A stretch of 64,000 bases of DNA, from contig OZ361257.1 in NCBI GenBank assembly GCA_977018835.1, positions 2,418,001 through 2,482,000 of the forward strand, in the 5' to 3' direction. The position numbers were made by a program, and so were the translations under genes. Below are positions 58,443 through 64,000 of this stretch, one piece after another; the first letter of the stretch is position 1, and each line of letters opens with the position of its first letter. Under the pieces are notes generated by a model. It was given only the letters and a program-made list of their open reading frames with translations, had not been told where the DNA came from and did no database searches. Source of the DNA: Minutocellus sp. GHC0000111 (taxonomy: Eukaryota).

Positions 58443-61400
58443 CTAATTGGAATCTACATGTAAGTAGACTGGTCGCATGTCGACATGGTAGCGGGCGGGA
58501 TGGTGCTTTGTAAAATAATCGGCCAAATTTTGCGCTCCTTTCCGCCAGCACACCTGGAATTGTCGTTGCTCTGTGCGATCTTGGACCCAGTAGAATCTCA
58601 TGTCCACAGCCTTAGACCGTCTTTGCTTGACGGTTTTATTGGCGATTCCAGATGCTGTAGAGTTGTCAACGACGATAGCAGTAGGGGGCTGCGGGTGACC
58701 CATTTCTTCTAGTGCTGCCCGGATTGGCACTGCATCTTTCATGTTGAAAAACAATCCTCCCAATTCGGCTTCAGCGGCTGAGGACATTGCATGCTTGATG
58801 ATGTTGGCATTGACGAGGATGGCTCCATTCATTGGTGGCATGGGATCACTTGAGTCAGGCTGGCGGTGCGGGTCCTTAGGTCGGGAGCTTAGGTAGAAGC
58901 ACCCTCCGAGCTTGATTCTTGATTTCGGGGCTGACAAGTGGGAGGCGTCGCTGTGCACATGCAGGATCATGTCTGACTTGACGTGTCGAATGAATGCGTC
59001 GGGATGGGTTGCAAGGCAATCTAGAAGCTTCTTGGCATCTTGTCGAGTGCGCTCGGTAGCTTTGGATTGTTCCGCTGAGATGCTGTTGAGCGCCGGTAAA
59101 ATTGTTGAATCAGTTGCTCGACCACAGTGCAAGGAGCTGCCCACCACCTGTTGAATTTCGTTGATGCCTTTGGCGTCGAGTGGTGGTGAGTCGTCTTCCG
59201 GTTCTGGCAGCTGGGGTCCCGGGCCATGCGTCGGACGATTCCATCGACATGGCGCATGCTCGGGCCGTGAGGGGCGGTCGTGTTGGAACTTGTGGCGCAT
59301 CTCCTTGACGCAGTTAGGCACAGATAGATCCACCCAATTGGCCTCGTAGTTCCACTCGAGTTGAATGCCACAACAAAGTCGGCCTTCCCAATCGGTAGTG
59401 ATCTTATACTTGGAGTTGAGGGCCTGAATGAGATGGTCTGCATGCTCTTTCCCGACACACTTTGCTCCAAAATCGTCAACGGTTAGGCAAAAGGCAATTG
59501 GGCGGGTTTTGTGCCTCCAAAGGCCGGCAGTGCGCTTGCAAGGGAAATAGCCATGGGGTTTGAGATGCTTGACAAGTTGATCGTAGGCTAGGCGCCCTGC
59601 CTGGGGTAATCCATGCATTCCGCCATCGATTCTGACCAACACTCGACCACTCTTTACTTTGTCGTGGAGGTCGTAGGCTTCCATGACTTCGTCGGGGATG
59701 AGAGCTACTGGCGCCCACATCCATTCTGGCTCTGGCATGGTGCTATTGAGATAGAAGTCACTGATGTCAATTCCCATGAAACGAGCGTTGTCTGTAGAGA
59801 TGACGCTGTTGAAAAGTAACTTTGCAGTCAACATTTCAGCGGTCGGGGTCGAGACTGCACCAGGGTAATGAATTTTGTCGCCTCCTGCAGTCCATCGAAC
59901 TCGATTGGGATTTGGTTTATGGGAGCAATAGTCGGCGACAATGCGGAGGCATGTGGCTTTTCCCCCCGAGGCAGTTCGGACCAGTGGACGAAAGCCATTG
60001 TATTGGAGGGAATGCTAGCACTGTTTCCAACTCAAAAGTCCGTTAGCCGTCCAATTTCATCGATGTTTGCTTGAATGAATTGGTCCCTCATGTTCGTTTT
60101 GAGGAGGTCGCGGTATTCAAGCATTGCACCAGCATCGGGATGGACGACGACGTTAGCAAAGTGTTGGAGGTTTGGTAAAGGCGAGAAAGCTGCCATGTTG
60201 GCCACGTGGTGGGCACTGCGACGAGATGATGGCCGTGGGGGAGGGTTCCGATGTGGAATGCACCCTCGCTGACGGTATGATCGTCGTCGAGGTGGTTTGG
60301 CGGTCGATGGTTTGGACTTGCTTGTCGATTTTGCTGGAGCTGGTAATGTTGGAGTGGTGTCGATCGTTGGAGACTTGCGTTTACGTTGCCGACGGGAGGT
60401 GGGGGCATTGGAACTTTGATTGGATGTTACGACGGTTGCATCGTCGTCATGATTATCATCATCGTCGCCGTTGGGCTCGTCTACTGCAGCCAAAGGATTG
60501 TAGTAGTTGGAAGAAACTGACGAGCGAGGTGGCGCGTTGGATCGACGTGATCGACGGCTTTTAGTGGTGGCTGCATCATATGTGGAGGATTTTGCCACCC
60601 TCGGAGGTTGCTGGGGCTGAGGTAACGGAGCGTTGGGGTTGGGGACAAGGTGACGGCCTACTTCAGTCTCGTTCATCTCTTCTACGTCGTCTTCCTCGTA
60701 TTTGATTTTGTAGCACTTGTACTTCTTGTCAAATGCAACGACTCTACCCTTGTAATTGCGATCTCCAAACACTTTGGCGGCGATGGTACCGAGGCGGAAT
60801 CGTTGGGAGTCGTCATCGTTCTCTAGCACCCTCGGAGCTGCGGTTGTCTGCATCGTCTCATCAGAGGCGGAGGTGGCAGATTCTGCTGGGGTCACGCTGT
60901 TGAAAATCTCGGAGAGCTTTTCTAAAGCTTGACGATGCTCGTCTCGAAGGGGAGCAAGGGGTGCCGCTGGATGTGGATTCTGTAGAGCGTGCAGGAGTTC
61001 ATGAGCTGCGACTGTTGCTGCATCGGCCGACGACGTTTTGGGTACCGGAATCATTTTGGGGAGCCAGACGAGTGTGTTACCAGTGCGTTCCGCCCGAGTT
61101 TCCTCAATCCAAACCTTGTAACACCGGTAGTGTTCCATGGCTGGACCGACATAGCACCCATCAATGCCATGCGGGGACCAAGAGCCGCGTGCCGAGGGCA
61201 TCTCGTGAAAGATGACCTTGCATCCGAGGGGGCCGAGAGGCGTGCGATTGAAATCAAAGCCGCCATTGAGTTGCTCGTACGCTGATAGTCGAGGGTTGAC
61301 TCGGGATGCTCTCAGGAAATTGAGGGTCATTACCGCCTGCTCCAGCAATTTATCCCACAAGATGAGGGGAAAGTCGGGATCGGTACCACAGAGAATCGCA

Positions 61401-62623
61401 ATGAAATGATTCTTAAAGGTTCGAATGGCTCGTTCGGCCGCATTTCGGCGGTGGGAGTGCGTTGGGGTCAATTGAAAATCTACATCCTTTTCTTCCATGA
61501 ACTCCTTCAGCTCTCGACTCACTTCATTATCCAATCGTTGCAATTTTGGGCGAAATCCTCGCTTGGAGAGGCATTCGAAAATAGTTTGGTACGCTCGGCG
61601 CATTTCCGTTCCCGATCGGCTTTTCATTGGTTCGGCCAAGATGCTGTTGGAGTCACAGTCACAGACGACCATTATGTACTGGTGGCCAGAAATAGACGAT
61701 ACCAAGAAACGGCCGGGCTAATCTGAGAAGATCTGGCCCGTTATGTCATGACAATCAGCAAAGACATAGTTGGTGCGCTGTTGGTGTTGTGCCGGGTGGA
61801 GATCCTGCTCGGTTTCGTCCACCCCAGGGAGAGATTTTGGCGTAGCCATCGACCGTTTGGGCTTGGTCGACCTGATGTTCTTGCGCTGCTGGTCTAAGTG
61901 ACCTTTAATCATCGGTATCGACTGTGGCATGTGCTTACGTACAAGCTTTGATGTGAGGCCTGGCCAAGATCTATAAAATCCCGCATCGATTGCTTTGCAC
62001 CAGGTAGATAGCTGAGGACTGCCAGCGCACCAATGTAAAAAGGCTACACGTTCCGGAACCGTCTCCTGGGCAATTGCGGCGTTGGCAGCATATTGGATGA
62101 CGTTGGGGCCGGGGAGCGGCGACATGGTGGGCGAGCAATTAAGATCTACCATCCACAATTTCGTTGAGGGGTCTCGTTTACCTTGCAAAATGACGGCATT
62201 GTCCTTGGCGATGACTACCGAATCCTTATCGAAAGTGGCAATGCATCCATCGTCACACAGCTGCCCAATCGATAGGAGCGATGATGCCATGTTATTGAAA
62301 ATATAGGCCTTGCTAGCCGATGGGGAAGCCCCAGGGAGGCGAAGCGTGGCCTCGTGGGTGTTCGTCATTGTGCTATTATCCGGAAGGGTGACGCTGATAG
62401 GAATTGCTGTCTGTTGGACGTTGAAAATAGAGCCATCGCACGATAGGCATTGGGGCTTCTGGACAAAATGTCCCGTCGTTCCAGTGTCTGCGGCGAGGAC
62501 GATTGGCTCTTGAGTTGGAGGTTTGCTTTTTGACGTAAGAAAAGCTAACGAAGGCGGGGAGGAGGTGGATTCAGACATACTATCCTCTATTTTATGCTGA
62601 TTAATATCCACCGTCCCTCCCGC
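58443..62623 (-). pseudogene. pol: Copia pol with nonsense codon (TAG at 61718-20 in SD[Q]PGRF) and frameshifts at about 59840-60040
   Basis: ORF pieces 61718-62611, 60032-61705, 58443-59834. Confidence 0.92.
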
Positions 62624-63906
62624 TCAGTTACGACGCGAGCTACCACCGCAAGGATTGTACTTGGTGGCGTTATCAACGTGGTTGGGCCCTTTGCAAGTGC
62701 ATTCAAAGCTGGGGTGGTTGGACGAATAGCCGCACGTGTGGCAATAATGGCCTCTGGGGAGGATCGACTGCAGTTCCCGCTTCTCCTGGCGGTTGAGGTT
62801 AGGACCTTGGCCTGGGAAGTGGCCGGCGCCGTTCTGCTGGCCACCGCCGCAGTAGCCTCCACTGCCACCAGTATGGTTGCGTCCCTCACGCAGAACGCGG
62901 TTCTCGGCCTTGAGTGAAGCTATTTCTTGGCGAAGTTTGGCAATGGTGTCATCCTTCTCGTTGCTCTTTTTGGCGAGGTTCGCCATCATGGCTTGGTTGG
63001 TCTTGAGGGCTTCGGTGGTGTCAGCCAAAAGGAGATCGGCTCGAGAAAGAAATGGATCGTCCGAGGCCGATGAGGCCAAATTCGCGCCATGATATCCTGC
63101 CGCTTCGGTGGTGGTGTTGGCCATCTTCTTATCATGCCAATCGCGGAAGTCCGACTGCATGTTGGCCCACGTGCAATCGGCCTCCGGACTGTCGTCCCAG
63201 TCCTCGCATGCCTTCTTTGCCAATGAGAACCTGCGCACGGAGCGGTAGAACTTGGAGACCTTTTGCTTGTTGGTGAAGGGTTCGCCGGCCGTTTCAAACG
63301 CCTTGAAGACTTTGTTGAACATGGCGATGTGGGTGTCGATGGGTCCCCCGTCGCACTGCTTCTCGAGCTGCTTCTCTAATTCCTCCTTCTGAGTCTCGTT
63401 GAATTTCAAGCAGCGATCGGTAATGCTGTCGATGATTTGGCGGATGGTGACTGGCTGGAAACCGAGCATGTCATCTTCGAGATGATTGATGTAGACGGCG
63501 TCGATCGAGTCGAGGAGGAGATTCTTGAGCGCCGTGTTGACTTGCTCGTACAAGTTGTAGTGGCCCCCTTTTCGATGTAACATCCCCGGATTGCACGATC
63601 GCGTTGGTCTAGATTGGCCACGGCGGGAATGGTGGGGCTGGGGCCAGGATTTGCCGGAGGCACATGTGGTCGGCCGTTGCTTTTGGTGGTGCATTCGGCA
63701 TCGCTGACGACGAGGCCCAAATGGCCGAGGTTGTGGTCATTGTGCCCTGCTGGAATGCTGGCCGCCGCTTGTTGAAGTTCCTTGAGCGCTTTGGCAACAC
63801 GCTCGCGTTGGGGAGTTTGTCCTGGGTCATTCATGCATGTGATTAACTTGGTGGGGAGAATCGGCGCTGCGCCGAGAGGTTGGCCAAAAACTGCGTCGGG
63901 ATTCAT
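62624..63906 (-). pseudogene. gag: Copia gag, frameshift near 63570
   Basis: GHLGLVVS...P.NPG and Zn knuckle YCHTCGYSSNHPSFEC. Confidence 0.88.
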
Positions 63907-64000
63907 GCTGGTGTTTCAGTCAGCGAAGACAGGCAGCACGGCGGTGTTGCTGCGAGACGTGTGATCGACAGAAGGTTCGATCCAGAGAAGTGTGATCGAT

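Larger units (their letters stand above)
58196..64000 (-). mobile_element. Ty1/Copia (CoDi-like) LTR retrotransposon, defective; 5' end beyond the window
   Basis: 3' LTR 58196-58390 (TG..CA); PPT GAGGGGGTGTG adjacent; order gag(CHTC..H..C)-PR(ADTG)-IN(RLDNE, AERAIR)-RT(GLPQAG, VDDFG)-RH(SDAS, SSAAEAE, DN, ADYFTK). Confidence 0.97.

Noticed and set aside
58443..63906. ADAR-type RNA editing or DGR-like RT adenine mutagenesis
   Set aside because: Changes occur on both strands and also in DNA transposons and non-coding repeats; there is no TR/VR pair or DGR-type RT.
23312..64000. Explaining TG/CA differences by CpG deamination or classical RIP
   Set aside because: CG to TG/CA could give discordant pairs, but a CG ancestor would need Arg at motif positions known to be Tyr, and many sites still show TA in one copy. 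RIP creates rather than removes TA. Final proof needs a family consensus.

Overview
Eukaryotic nuclear DNA, most likely from a diatom. The evidence is CoDi-type Copia elements, bipartite plastid/periplastid presequences, SELMA-like E1 and Ufd1, and GT-AG introns. About 22 tightly packed host genes alternate with transposon islands: two Tc1/mariner-type elements, two MITEs, a nest of Harbinger-like + Copia fragment + Kolobok, and a near-complete Copia running off the window end. The main observation is a repeat-associated mutational signature of opposite polarity to fungal RIP. TpA (mostly TAC/TAT) is converted to TpG or CpA, i.e. A-to-G on either strand. Conserved Tyr codons in Copia, mariner and Harbinger proteins have become Cys/His. 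Two copies of the same Copia carry TG vs CA at identical positions, which implies an ancestral TA. Host genes keep their Tyr. The eroded copy also carries many 2-14 bp insertions, mostly tandem duplications. Gene boundaries and LTRs, in contrast, carry dense TA-palindrome islands. A hypoxanthine-DNA-glycosylase-like ORF lies in the window. All family assignments come from motif recognition by eye, not from database searches.
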